124,000 nucleotides of DNA from Octopus vulgaris (Eukaryota). The position numbers were made by a program, and so were the translations under genes. How positions within the stretch are numbered: position 1 is the stretch's first letter; each line of letters starts with the position of its first letter. Positions 104,691 through 118,020 of this stretch are shown piece by piece. Below the pieces are notes generated by a model. The model did not search any database, was not told the DNA's origin, and was given only the letters and a program-made list of their open reading frames with translations. The DNA is taken from assembly GCA_951406725.2 (NCBI GenBank), contig OX597822.1, forward strand, positions 43,544,001 to 43,668,000. The letters are read 5' to 3'.

Positions 104691-105639
104691 TTCTATTTTT
104701 AACGGCTCGTGTTTGCCGCAACTGGTTTAGCTCGTGTCAACTCCCCTCAAGCATACCAGTCCAACTAATCTGGCCACCAACTATCACTTTTGTGTCCAGC
104801 TGCCTTGTTGTGGAACATTCAGTCCTTCCATCCCATAATGTCGTCTCTCTGAAATTTCCTCTTGTTGGTGTTGGCGTACAGAGATTTGTAAGGAAACGAA
104901 CAGAATAAATCTCACTGTCTTAGGAGGATCTGAGGAGGCCATGGGCGCTGTTGCTTGCTCCAGATCCAACTACTAAAAGAGAAATGCTCCATCGAATGCA
105001 TTTTCTTTCTATTTTAGGGAGAATGGAGGGTCTATAGTTTCGCCACCTGCGTAGTCACCATTTTAATCTATTTTAAAACTCAAATAGGATCGAAACTTCA
105101 ACGCACTTAGGTGTTTATGGCTATTTCAGAAAAGGCATGTTAGTCTCAACGACAATTTCAATATTTTTGAGGAAACCACTTAGATCGGGGGTTCCCAACC
105201 GGGTCCGCAGAATCTTTGAGGGGGTCCATATATATCTTTGAGTGGGTCCATATATAAATTTTGTTTACTGTATTTATTGAAATTTTCAAGATTTGTATTT
105301 CGAATTTCTGTTATGAATATAACGAAATTGTTTCATTGTTAGTTTTTAGAAACGCACAAACGAATATTTTATTTCAAACATTTACATGTGCATATATGAG
105401 GTCCACAGATAAGATAGCTCTCAGGAGACCCACAGGCAAAATAAGGCAGGGGACCCCTGACTTAGATGGAAGACTTGACAGAATATCTATAAGAGTGTGG
105501 GCACCACTACAGTTAGCCAAGTGAACGATTCCATTTTTTTCAAATTAAGCATCGCATTCTTTATAAGCCATCCTCTGCTGTTCTCATATATGGGATGTTT
105601 TTTTTTCCAGCATTTGGATCCATGCTTTTTCTGTTCAGG

Positions 105640-105965
105640 AAGTACTCTCTTTTGTCTCCTTGTGGTTATCTGGTCAAGGTCTAACGTATTTCCATGAGGG
105701 TAGACATTTATCCCCCAGGCTTTTAAGGATTTGAATTGTCATTGATGCCCCTGTAACTTTGTGTTTTTACTTGTTAGGGGGTGTTGGCCACAGGCATATG
105801 CATTTGTCCACTTAGAAGTGGTGTTCCATATCAGTTTGGAGTCTCTATCTTGACCTGTCCAGCATGAGGGGACTTACCAGGAGTTTGTGCTCTGCTGGCA
105901 TAGCTCTCAGGGTCACTGAGGCATAGAAGTCCCCACAACACAAAAAGGACTGGACCATGTGTTGG
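105640..105965 (-). mobile_element. Possible RTE-clade LINE 5' end fragment
   Basis: Minus strand cagtgaccctgagagctatgccagc...cctggtaagtcccctcatgctggacaggtcaa resembles RTE 5' UTRs (recalled similarity only). Confidence 0.4.
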
Positions 105966-106576
105966 AAAGTGAAAAGGGTGATATTAAGTAGGGTGAATAC
106001 CTAATTCTATGATCCTAGGATAGATAACCTACGCATTTCCCGTCCAACGGTTTGACTCACAAGGCTTCGCCGACAATAGTTTATCGAAGCTTCTGCCGAC
106101 AATAGTTTATCAAATTTTCTGCCGGCGATAGTTTATCGAAGAACAAACCTACTACAAAGATCAGTGGAGTCAGTTCAAACTCCAACGCCAACAGACTCCA
106201 GAACAAACATCTGGATCGTACTGTCGTGTCGGCACTTGCGCTGAGATCCGAACACAGAAACAGCTTGAACAACGCACAATAATTACAAACATCATATCCC
106301 GTCCCACGCCTCTCTACCGACACTGGCTGCATTTGCCGTCTTCCTTGTATTCGATGTAATTAAAAAGGAAAAATATGTTCAGTTAATTTCGTTTTCCTTA
106401 ATTAAATTTAGGCATTTATTGAAAGTAGCTAATTGTGCATTAAAGTATCACATATTCGATCTAACGATTTGTCTAACCAACGACGAAACGCTCTCATGCC
106501 ATTTTCAATAAGTGTGCAGGCGTCAGTGTGTGTGTGTGTGTGTACACACACACATACGCATACATATATTTATGTG

Positions 106577-106669
<93 letters not shown>

Positions 106670-106763
106670 CATATATGCATATATACGTATACATACACAC
106701 ACATTTATGTATCAATATATATATATATATATATTAGATACATATACATATATATATACATAA

Positions 106764-106823
<60 letters not shown>

Positions 106824-107239
106824 ATATATATATATGCATATGGATACATAGGCATGTATGTGTGAATGCGTATCTCAATGTGTATACGTATAACAAGCAA
106901 CGTTTATCTATGTGAATGTAAGAGCATGTGGTATGTGTAAAAGTTGCCAAGTCTAAAATAAATTGCTAGATTGACTCAATAGGCACGAATCCATCTAAAG
107001 CCGCTGTTTACTCAGCTACACAGAAGGAGGTGGACAGACAACTGTCATAAAACGTTGATACATACGCCAAATTAATTTTAAAGAATCACAATATACGCTA
107101 TTATGGCTTTGTGATTAAGAAGTGTACCTTATAGCTGCGCGGTTCCGAGTTCCATCGCATTGTGCTTTTATCTGAGTGAGTGTTTACTACCAAAGCTACT
107201 TTGTGACGAATACCATTGAAGTGGTATTCAGGGACAGAA

Positions 107240-107485
107240 AATGAGAAGCTGGCCTGTCATGGCTGTGTGGTGAGAAGCTGACCTGTCATGGCTGTGTGAT
107301 GAGAAACTGGTTTGTCATGGGTGTGTGGTGAGAAACTAGTCTGTCATGAGTGTGTGGTGAGAAACTGGCCTGCCGTGGCTATGTGATGAGAAACTGGTCT
107401 GTGATGGCTGTGTGTGAGAAACTGGCTTGTCATGGATGTGTGGTGATAAGCTGACCTGTCATGGCTGTGTGGTGACCTGTCATGG
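107240..107485. repeat. 29-bp minisatellite tgagaagctggcctgtcatggctgtgtgg, about 8 units
   Basis: Period read directly (107242, 107271). Confidence 0.9.
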
Positions 107486-107964
107486 CCTGTCCTACTACGT
107501 TCATTCCCACTGCGTGGCACTGCGCTCAAGTGACGTCTACTGTAAACTCGGGTCCACCAAAACCTTGTGAGTGGATTTGGTAGACGGGAACTGAGGTTCT
107601 TTGTATATATAATATATATTTATATATTAATGATTTTTAGGTACGCGGTATTTCGTTATGCAACCATGCAGCCATAACATACTATAAAGCGTATTAAAAT
107701 ATATTTGTTCGAGGATTATTAATGGGTTTGATGGGTGGTGATAAAGGGGCGAAATATCCCGAAATATAGCATAAACGTACATTACCCTTCGTTCTCATTG
107801 TTTGTTTATATCTGGCATCTCATATACGAAACGCAGCAGCAAAATTGGCTATAAATTCTATAGAATATCTGTAGAAATAACCTTAACAAGTAATACACTT
107901 ATATACATACACACACAGACACACACATATATATACATACATACATAATACATACATACATACA

Positions 107965-108000
<36 letters not shown>

Positions 108001-108044
108001 TGTGTGTGTGTTTGAGTGTGTGTGTGTGTGTACGTATAACGACG

Positions 108045-109700
108045 ATAAGAAAGTGGAGAAATAAATAACAATGAGAAGTGGATCTTTGGTGTTATAAAGC
108101 CATTATTTAATTAATTGAGATGAGAGCATGATAGAGTAAGTTTGCAGCTGTTTTCGTATATCAGGCTGGGGTAAATATATAATTACCTCATTGCAATTGA
108201 TAGAGATCATTAGAACGAAAATGGCAAAGAGGAACAAAAGAAGAGAGCGAAAGAAAGTGTAAGGAAAAAACAGGAAAAGGAAAATATTCAATAATTCGAT
108301 AGTATTACATTTTAGTTAGGTTCAAAGTTCAATAAACCCATTGTATGATAGACGAGAAGAGTGTTAGTTGAATCTAAGGTCTCGTAATTAGTCATTATCA
108401 TAGCTTACATGTGTCCATAGGTTCAGCTAGTTGACCGCCGGTGTAATCCGAGGGAGTTGTCACTGTTGAGGATATCCAGTGTAGTCCTATGGACCTATGT
108501 GGAACTAATTTATATGTTGTAAGCTAGTTCGTATATTTTCAATGGAAGCCGTAATATAAGGGTAAAGTTCATATCTAGAATTTGTATGATATAGAGTGTA
108601 AATGGACTATGTACCGGAATAATGTATAGGTTTGAAGAGTGCATAGCAAAACAATAAGATCGAAAGGGAAAATTTATCGCGTGTAAAAAGACTTGGTAGT
108701 CTAGCTCTCAACGTATTTTAAATTATAGGAAAATAGTAAGCTAGCGTAGGATGTAGAATAAGTATAAAGTTCAGTAATTTATTTATAACTAGCAGTATCG
108801 CCCGGCGTTGCTCGGATTTGTAAGGGAAATAACTATATAAGCATTTTTAGAGAGTTATAGCCAAAAAATAGCAAGAAAATGCATTAAAAATGGGGAAAAA
108901 CATGATGGTAAATTTTTTTTTAATCGTTGACTCATCGTAGACATTTTTAGAGAGTTACTTCCCTTATATAATAGCGAAAAAATGCATTAAAATGGAAAAA
109001 AATGATGGTAAATTTTTTAAATCGTAGACTCATCGTAGACGCGCGCTAATACCCAGAAGGGCTCGATATGAATCACGACTATAAGATACCCGGTTTTGGT
109101 TAAACTGCAACGCAAAATGTGGTAGTAGTTAGGAATCTAAATCGTAGGAGACAGACACACAACCTCTCTTTTATATATAAAGATGTGGGTTGAGTAAGCT
109201 AATTGGTATGTAGGAAAGATAAAGGGAGGTAATAGTAGGTTAAGTAGATTCGCTAACTAAACCGGATATCCCCAATAGCGATAACTCCCTCGGATTACAC
109301 CGGTGGTTAACTTAGCCGAACCTATGGACACGTGTAAACACTGTTAATAACTAATGATGAGACCTTAGATTCAACTAACACTCTTCTTGTCTATCATACA
109401 ATGGAATTATTGCATTTTGAACCTAACGAAACTGTAACACTATCGAATTATTGAACATTTTCTTTTTCCTTTTTTTTTCCTTACGCTTTCTTTCGCTCTC
109501 TTCTTTTGGTTCTCTTTGCCTTTTTCGTTCTAATGATCTCTATCAATTGCAACGAGGTAAATATATATTTACCCCAGCCTCACATACGGAAACAACTGTA
109601 AACTTACTCTATCATGCTCTCATCTCAATTAATCAAATAATGACTTTATAATAACAAAATCCACTTCTCATTGTTATCTATTTCTCCATTTTCTTATCGT
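108045..109700. mobile_element. Element with about 435-bp diverged inverted arms (108045-108480 / 109265-109700), family unknown
   Basis: For example gccggtgtaatccgagggagttgtc mirrors gataactccctcggattacaccggt; the arms have many mismatches. Confidence 0.7.
108788..109184 (+). mobile_element. Lep1/HINE-like Helitron derivative nested in the inverted-repeat element
   Basis: Same termini as 97060-97570. Confidence 0.65.
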
Positions 109701-109763
109701 TTTTATATACATTAAACTACTATATATATATATAAAGTTAATCCAAACATGAAAACATATATT

Positions 109764-109834
<71 letters not shown>

Positions 109835-109904
109835 ATATAATAAGCATGTCTGGATAATCTGTGTATTCCAAAAGTCTTCTAGTGTAATCCATATCGCCCT
109901 CTGA

Positions 109905-110007
109905 CACCCTGATGAGTTTCCATCCAAGGTATTTAAAATGCAAAATTATGTATATATTTATGTTTTGTAATTGCTATTATGTTTGTGAAATGAAACAATT
110001 GTTGGTG
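109905..110007 (+). ncRNA. Candidate type I hammerhead motif
   Basis: CACC-CTGATGA-GTTTC...GAAAT-GAAA-CAATTG-TT-GGTG; ACAATTGT palindrome; the GUU site is atypical. Confidence 0.45.
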
Positions 110008-110086
110008 AATATGTTTGATTAATAGATAAATTAATTTCTATCCATTAGATCCCTCTATTTTCTAACTCGATATATATCGATATAAA

Positions 110087-110139
<53 letters not shown>

Positions 110140-110145
<6 letters not shown>

Positions 110146-110770
110146 GTAAAAAGTGAAAAAACTACAGAAGGCTTAAATGATAAAAAATATATATTTGCCG
110201 TCAATATGTCTGAAGAACATTAAAAAAATGTTTTCTCTTATTATGACATAGTTTAGAAGAAAGACCGGTTTCGCGTTTAGCTTTTCAAATTTCTTGCGAC
110301 GTTATGTTTATGTTGAACTGAGTTATCGTTATGTTTATGTTCAAAAGAGTTCTAAATAAGGGGAGGTAATGAGTGATTTCTTCTGGTGTAAGGGAGATAA
110401 TCGCTTAAAAATGTTTTCCTTTCCCTTGGTGTGAATTTCTCTGTATCAGTACGTTGGGATGGTTAAGTCTGGGCTTGTACTTTTCAATGAAGAATGTTTC
110501 CTTGTTTAGTCTAATTTGTGTTGATGATCCGATAGCACATTGGTAAAATGGAAAGATTAAAAATTGTGGTAGTAGTTGCTTTGCGCATTTCTCAATATAT
110601 ATCTGTACCGTTTGATAGAGGCAAAAGAATCTGTAATCTCTGCAACTCTGAACTTTTTCACACTTTGTTCGCCCGAGGGCGGCTAGTTAACGCGATTTTG
110701 CAAAACTCTTTCAGATGTCCCCATTGGAGGCGCCACACATTTCTTGCATACAATTGAAGCCTAAGATAAT
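110140..110770 (-). mobile_element. Penelope-like element 3' fragment (GIY-YIG C-terminus plus UTR with a UUGAAAA-core HHR-like motif at 110257-110295)
   Basis: IEKCAKQLLPQFLIFPFYQC...RLNKETFFIEKYKPRLN, homologous to 42384-42734. Confidence 0.75.
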
Positions 110771-110799
110771 TAACACCTTGATGTCCTAAGAAAGGAAAA

Positions 110800-111665
110800 A
110801 AATTTTGGAAAAAATTTGGAAAAAAATTTTGAATTAAATTTGTAAAGGGAAATTACTCCCCTTTTAACGTATGATCTGCTACTTATTTAGAAACAATATC
110901 AGGGATTATACTCCCCTTGTTTAATAAGTCATCTGTGTATAAACTGACCACAGACGAACACATAGACAGAGGCTCCTATCGGCCGCTTGACCTACAATAT
111001 CTGCAATATATTTTCCCACTAGCTGCTTCCTAACATACTGCCACACATACACAGGCGCACACACACATACATGTAAGTAGTTTCTCACACCCAAATAAGA
111101 TAGCTTTCATTCTTAAAACAATTCGAACATTAACATTAGTTATACAGAATATATTCACACTCTTTGGTTTTCTTGAATTCTTCCCCTACCAAATTTAACC
111201 GCAGTTTGACCTCGATTTATTCCAACGGACTTTTTCGTCGGCCTTCACACACCCTGACGTCAACACACATTGAGAGACAGTTTTGTGCCTGACCATGGGC
111301 TCCTAGGGAGCGTTTTGTTCGAATAGCTTGCTGCGCATTTGTTTTGGAGATTTATATTCCTGGTTTTTCCTGAAGAGAAAGCTGCAAAATGGTCTCCTTA
111401 TTCAATCCGAATTTGGAAATTTGCAGCCTTTGAAACATGTGTAGAAAATAATAAAAAGGAAATTTGTAGAATCTTCGTTCAGCTCCATTTCTTCCCTTCA
111501 CTAAATATATAAAACTTCAATTATCCGCGCTAAGGCACGGTTGCGACACCCCATGGTCGTAACCTCAACCGTGTTTTTTCTGTTGTGATTTTTGCTACCC
111601 AGGTATCGGTTAAATTTTGAATAAATTTTGAATAATCCGTAACAAGATAATTCATTTATCCATTT

Positions 111666-111668
<3 letters not shown>
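110800..111668 (+). mobile_element. Non-coding PLE-like element of the 27957 family
   Basis: Collinear with about 28490-29330; ends in (TA)n. Confidence 0.75.
111365..111448 (+). ncRNA. Type I hammerhead motif
   Basis: TTTTC-CTGAAGA(111370-76)-GAAAGCTGCAAA...TTTGCAGCCTTT-GAAA-CATGTG-TA-GAAAA. Confidence 0.75.
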
Positions 111669-111729
<61 letters not shown>

Positions 111730-111735
<6 letters not shown>

Positions 111736-111946
111736 TTTCTTTTTACTTGTTTCAGTCATTTGACTGCTGCCATGCTGGAGCACCGCCTTTTAGTCGAGCA
111801 AATCAACCCCGGGACTTATTCTTTGTAAGCCCAGTACTTATACTATCGGTCTCTTTTGCCGAACCGCTAAGTGACGGGGACGTAAACACACCAGCATCGG
111901 TTGTCAAGCAATGCTAGGGGGTACAAACACAGACACACAAACACAT

Positions 111947-111989
<43 letters not shown>

Positions 111990-112152
111990 TACGACAGGCT
112001 TCTTTCAGTTTCCGTCTACCAAATCCACTCACAAACCATTGGTCGGCCCGGGGCTATAGCAGAAGGCACTTGCCCAAGATGCTACGCAGTGGGACTGAAC
112101 CCGGAACCATGTGGTTGGTTAGCAAGCTACTTACCACACAGCCACTCCTGCG

Positions 112153-112155
<3 letters not shown>
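111730..112155 (-). mobile_element. SINE family A, full length
   Basis: Clean reverse complement of the consensus. Confidence 0.9.
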
Positions 112156-112197
<42 letters not shown>

Positions 112198-113211
112198 AAA
112201 TTTCAGGATTCAAGCGAATCACGTGCTTAAATATTAACGCTTCAAGGTCTGGGATATCGCTATCGTGTACAAAAATATTTGAAGACAAATACGTACTAGC
112301 TAAAGTAAATACGGATTTGTACACCGGTTGTGTGTACGATCTCAAATGGCCAACGGAATATATAATGAGTTCTCAAGGGTGTACAAAGGTAGAAACACTG
112401 CACCTATTGTACTGCGCTTAATAGACTCCAGATCCAAGTGAATTGCAGGTTCTGCGTATGGTGAATGATAAATAAATAACGACAGATTCATTGTGGTTCA
112501 CTACAGCTGTTTCAAACCTGTTTTTTATCAATAAAAGCTACGTCTGAATCAGCTATAGTGAACCACAATCCATCCGTTGTTATTTGTATGTGTGTGTGTG
112601 TGTGTATATGTGCATATATATATGCATGTGTGTGTACATATGTGTGTGTATGTGTGCGTACGTGTGTATGCAAGTGTGTATAAATGTGTGGCTTTGTGTC
112701 GATTAGTTCGACTAAAACCTTTTCAGTGCGGTGCCCCAGCATGGTAGCAGTCTGGTGACTGACACAAGTAAAAGAATATATGCAAATATATACGCACATA
112801 TGTGAAGTATATAGTGGACATGCAAACAGGACTAATTTAGCTATTGCTATTGCTCCGGAGACAGAAAAAAATGAAGAACAACGTCAATCGAATTTCGAAT
112901 ATTATTGGATTCTTATCAGGGCGTCTACATCAATATGACTTATGAACAAAAACAAGCAGTCAGTCTATTTATATATATTCAACCATGACAGTAGCAACAA
113001 AAAACTGGAGCTACTAATTTGCATAACATAAGTGTTAACACTTTATCTAATATCAGGGAACCTTTAATGGAGATCTCAATCCACACAGTATCCATATGTA
113101 TGTTTGTATGTAAGCATGTTTGCCTGTCTGTCTGCTTGCCTGCATGTCTCTGTCTCTGTCTCCTTTCTCCATATATATACATATTTATTTATATATATGT
113201 ATATTTATATG

Positions 113212-113260
<49 letters not shown>

Positions 113261-113301
113261 TTATATATATATATGTATATATATATATGTGTGTGTGTGT
113301 A

Positions 113302-113394
<93 letters not shown>

Positions 113395-113397
<3 letters not shown>

Positions 113398-113700
113398 AAG
113401 TGCAATGGCCCAGTGGTTAGGGCAGCGGCCTCGTGGTCGGAGGATCGCAGTTTCGATTCCCAGACTGGACGTTGTGTGTGTTTATTGAGCGAAAACACCT
113501 AAACCTCCACGAGGCTCCGGCAGGGGATGGTGGCAACCCCTGTTATACTCTTTCGCTCCAACTTTCTCTCACTCTTTCTTCCTTTTTCTTGAGTAACGCT
113601 GCGATCGACTGGCGTCCCGTCCAGCTGGGAAAAACACATACGCCACAGAAACCGCGGAACCGGGCCCGTGAGCCTGGCTAGGCTTGAAAAGGGCGCATAG
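113395..113700 (+). mobile_element. SINE family B head with an alternative tail
   Basis: gcaatggcccagtggttagggcagcgg head; tail gatcgactggcgtcccgtccag...ggcccgtgagcctggctaggc. Confidence 0.75.
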
Positions 113701-114026
113701 ATAAGTAAATAAATATATATATATATTCACAAAATATATAATTATAGAAATATTATCATAGCAAAGGCACTAATGAGTAGCGTTACATGCTAGAGACAGG
113801 CGCCAAATGAGTCTATTTCTGGGATGTGACGCTACTCATTGGTGCTCTTACTATAATTATATTTCTATGATTATATATTTTTTATCAATTTTTACCTATA
113901 TTGTTTATTATATGCTGGCTACTTGATAAAATCTTATAGATATTTTAGCATTGATTATATATATATATATATCTCCCACATTTAAGTGCGATGACTGTAT
114001 ACTTCCTACCTAATATACATCTATCC

Positions 114027-114095
<69 letters not shown>

Positions 114096-114105
114096 TATAT
114101 ATATG

Positions 114106-114150
<45 letters not shown>

Positions 114151-114829
114151 GTATGGATGGATGGATGGATGGATGGATGGATGTATATTATGTAGGAAGT
114201 ATACACTCATCGCGCTTAAATGTGGGAAATGTGTGAAGGAAACAAATGTTTCCTTGGTCTTAATTGCTCTATTTAATCAAAATGTCTCCCCTTGTTATTG
114301 GTCATATGTTTCCTCGTATTTAGCAAATTGTTGATCCCTTAGGCGTAAAATTCTTCGGGCTAGCAAGCGGACAAACATTCAATGTAAATTCTAACCTCCT
114401 TAAAATGAATAAACCGTTTTATCTATAATTAACGTTGCGATGATCTGAAAAGAGGACAGTGAGAACAGAGTCAGGTGAGTAAGGAGGATGAGGCAAATAT
114501 TTCCTATTTGCTGTTGCCTTAATTTTTTTCCTGAGTAACTTATTTTACAATATGTTGTCATGCCTTATTGTGTAAAAGCAACACTCATTTACGACTGACC
114601 ATTGATGGGCGCTTTTGTCGGCAAATTCTTGTGTGCAATATTTCCATTTGAAGACAATACACCGCCCTCTCAATTGTTTCATTTTGTTTTAGTACTTTAT
114701 GATAGACGACACATTTCGTATACCACCGGAATCAGAGCATAACTTCTTTCGAGTTTAGTTCTGGTTTTGAGATGGATTTTCCTTTACATGTCGGTGCCAA
114801 TCATTCTCGTTTGCTTTGGATATAATTAT

Positions 114830-115170
114830 AGAGAACCCATTTTTATACAGAATCTATTTCAATAGAGAACCTATTTGGATATAATCATAGAGAACCCATT
114901 TTTATAGTGAACCCATTTGGATATAACTATAGAGAACCCATTTAGATATTGTCATAGAGAACCCATTTTTATAGGGAATACATTTGGATATAATTATAGG
115001 AAGCCAATTTTTATATAAAACCCATTTGGATATTCTCATAGAGAACCCGTTTTTATAGAGCACCCATTTTTATAGAGAACCCATTTTTATAGAGAACCCA
115101 TTCTTAGAGACAACCCATTTTTATAAAGTACCCATTTTTATAGATTACCCATTTTTATAGAGTACCCATT
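114830..115170. repeat. About 17-bp minisatellite atagagaacccattttt with longer variants
   Basis: Direct inspection. Confidence 0.85.
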
Positions 115171-115612
115171 TGGATAATGAACTTTCTCATCGTTTCTTTT
115201 ATTGCTGTGGTTTCTTTAATTTTGAATTAAGACTGCTTTCACGTTAGCAAATTTTATAATACGGCCTATATCTAGCCAAAACTATAGTTATATTCTTGCG
115301 CATGTGCATAACTCAAAATCATGGCGTGCTAAAACAATTCTGAGTGCAGATATGGAATTAGTATCCTCGATTTAGTCTAAAACACATGCTTTAACCCCAA
115401 TAGCAAAACCTTTGTTTTCCAGAGAATTTTCAGCTACTAAATTCTCTCACAAGGCATTTGTTGGGCTGGGGCTAAAGCAGGAGTTACTTACCTAAAGTCC
115501 CACGCAGTGGGACAGAACCGGAATCCCCGTGGTCGGAAACTGAACCTCAGTTAATCTATTTTCTCAACATTGGCGTCTTTGTATCTATATGGAAAATCAA
115601 TATATTCCTAAC

Positions 115613-117047
115613 TATTAGGTCATCCTATAAATAATGCAGTTTTTATACTTATTTTATTCTTTCAAAATTGAGTTAAACGAAGTTTATTTTTAATCTAAAA
115701 TGCACTCTCCTTCATTTTCTACAAGGCTCTTCTATCTATCCAGAAGACTTACAAGGCCCACAAATTCCAAAATTCACTTGTCCGTAACGAAAAATACTCC
115801 AATAGTAGTGTTCTGCCATCGTCTACAGAATTCATATTTTCTCCGTCCAAATGATTTTGAAGACTACGGAATAAATGATAATCAGATGGGGCAGTGCCTG
115901 ATGAATTTGGTAGGTGGGACATCGTTTCCCGTTCAAACTGCTCCAGCCTTTCGAATGTCATCCTCACTGTATGTGGCCGAGCATTATCCTGATGGAAGAG
116001 CACCTTTCGTCTTGAAATCAAAGATGGTTGTTTTCCTTCTAGCGTTGACTTAAGCCGCTCAAGCTGCTTGCAGTAGATCTCCATTGTTATCGTTTTGTTT
116101 GGGTTTAAATGTTCAAAGCGGACTAAACCTTTCATATCCCACCAAACAGATAAAAACACCTTACGTGGGTGAAGACGTTCTTTAGCCTGGGGTACCGGTG
116201 TTTCTCCTTTTCCTACACACTGTCGTCGGCGCTTGATATTTTTATAGAGGACCCATTTCTCGTAAGCAGTCATTATTAGGTGACCAAGTAACAATGGGAT
116301 TTTGTTCCTTGGGGATTTGCAGGACGTCATCGTCGAGCTCTATAGATCTTCCAGAACAAGGCTCATCTTCTAGGCTGCAGTTTCCGGCTCGTAATTTCAG
116401 GAACCACCGTTGACACTGGCTCACGCTTATTGTTCGATCCCCATATACTGCATTAATATTCCTCGCACTTTGCATTGTGTTACGTTGTTTGTTATTTCTC
116501 GAGCCACGCCAGGCTCATAAGGGCCAGTCTCCCGGTTTCTTGGCGTATAGGTTCCCCACCTGGACGGGACGCAGGTCCGTCACAGGTGAGCTGCAAGATG
116601 CAGGAGAAAAGAGTGAGAGAAAGTTGTGGTGAAAGAGTCAGCAGAAGTTCGCCATTACCTTCTGCAGGAGCCGCGTGGAGCTTAGGTGTTTCGCTCATAA
116701 ACACAAACATCGCCGGTCTGAGATTCGAATCGGTGATCCCTCGACCGCGAGTCTGCGGCTCTAACGACTAGGCCATGTCCCTCCACACTGTTGCGTTGTT
116801 GCCTTTATTGAACTCATAGAGCAAAATATGCCGAATATGCTCTTCTGTCACTTCCATTATAGCTTTGAAAAAAAAACTGTTAAAACCGAACTGTGCACTT
116901 TTCAAAACTTGCACTAAGAATATATACATGGTAAAATTACTACCTGCATTTACAGCAAGTTGATGCAGGTAGTTCATCTTGTCCCCCTCCGAATTTTAGT
117001 CAATGCAGTTGACAAAACCGCATTATTTATGGGATGACCCAATATTA
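115613..117047 (-). mobile_element. Mariner transposon, full length but decayed, with a SINE B inserted at 116478-116790
   Basis: TIRs tattaggtcatcctataaataatgcag / ccgcattatttatgggatgacccaata; ORF 115749-116330 contains LSVWWDMKG, FHQDNARPH and APSDYHLF. Confidence 0.9.
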
Positions 117048-117109
117048 ATAGACTTGTATTTGCTTTTTAAATGATGGTATACGAATGATTTGTCTGCGTT
117101 AATACATAC

Positions 117110-117458
117110 AGTGAAGGCGTATGGCTCAGTGGTTAGAGCGTCGAGCTTACGATCGTGAGGTTGTGAGCTCGAATCCCGGACCGGGCTGCGTGTTGTGTTC
117201 TCGTGCAAGGCACTTTATTTCACGTTGCTCCAGTTCATTCAGCTGTAGAAATGAGTTGCGACGTCACTGGTGCCAAGCTGTATCGACCTTTGTCTTTCCC
117301 TTGGATAACACTGGTGGCGTGGAGAGGGGAGGCTGGTATGCATGGGCGACTGCTGGCCTTCCATAAAAACAACCTTGCCCAGACTTGTGTCTAGGAGGGT
117401 AACTTTCTAGGTGCAATCCCATGGTCATTCATGACCGAAGGGGGTCTTTACCCTTTTA
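117110..117458 (+). mobile_element. SINE family D, full length (tRNA-like head)
   Basis: gaaggcgtatggctcagtggttagagcg...gagctcgaatccc head with A and B boxes. Confidence 0.85.
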
Positions 117459-117579
117459 ATACATGCATTTACTGCTGATTCATTCGCCAATTGAGGGACG
117501 ATAAGAGGAAAAGATGTATATTCCATCTTGGTGGGGCTTGAACTCAGGACGTAAAGATAAGGCCAAAAAGAGCGAGCTG

Positions 117580-118020
117580 GCTTGCCCTGCTAGAAATAGT
117601 AGCTAAATGGAATGTAAACATGGCAGTTTGACCCTCTAGATATAGTAGCTAAATGGCACGTTTATGGTGTAGCTTGAACTGCTGGAAATAGCAGGTAACC
117701 GAAACGTCTATATGGTTACATGTCTTGCTAAAATAGCGGCTAAATAGGACGTCTACATGGTAGCTTGAGCCGCTAGAAATAGCAGTTAAACTGAACGTGT
117801 AGATGGCACTTTGACTTGCTAGAAATAGCAGCTAAATGGAAGGTCTACGTGGAAGCTTGATCTGATAGAAATGGTGGTTAAAAGAAACGTCTTCATGCTA
117901 GCTTGACCTGCGCGAAATAGCAGCTAAACGAAACGTTTACGTAGTAGTTTTTCCTGTTAGAAATAACAGCTAACTGGAATGTCTACGTGGTAGACTGACT
118001 TGCTAGAAATAGCAGCTAAA
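117580..118020. repeat. About 46-bp minisatellite (gctagaaatagcagctaaatggaacgtctacatggtagcttgac), about 9 units
   Basis: Period read directly (117589, 117635). Confidence 0.85.

Noticed and set aside
106060-106140. Three 28-bp direct repeats (gccgacaatagtttatcgaa)
   Set aside because: A tiny minisatellite with no spacers in a eukaryotic context; not a CRISPR array.
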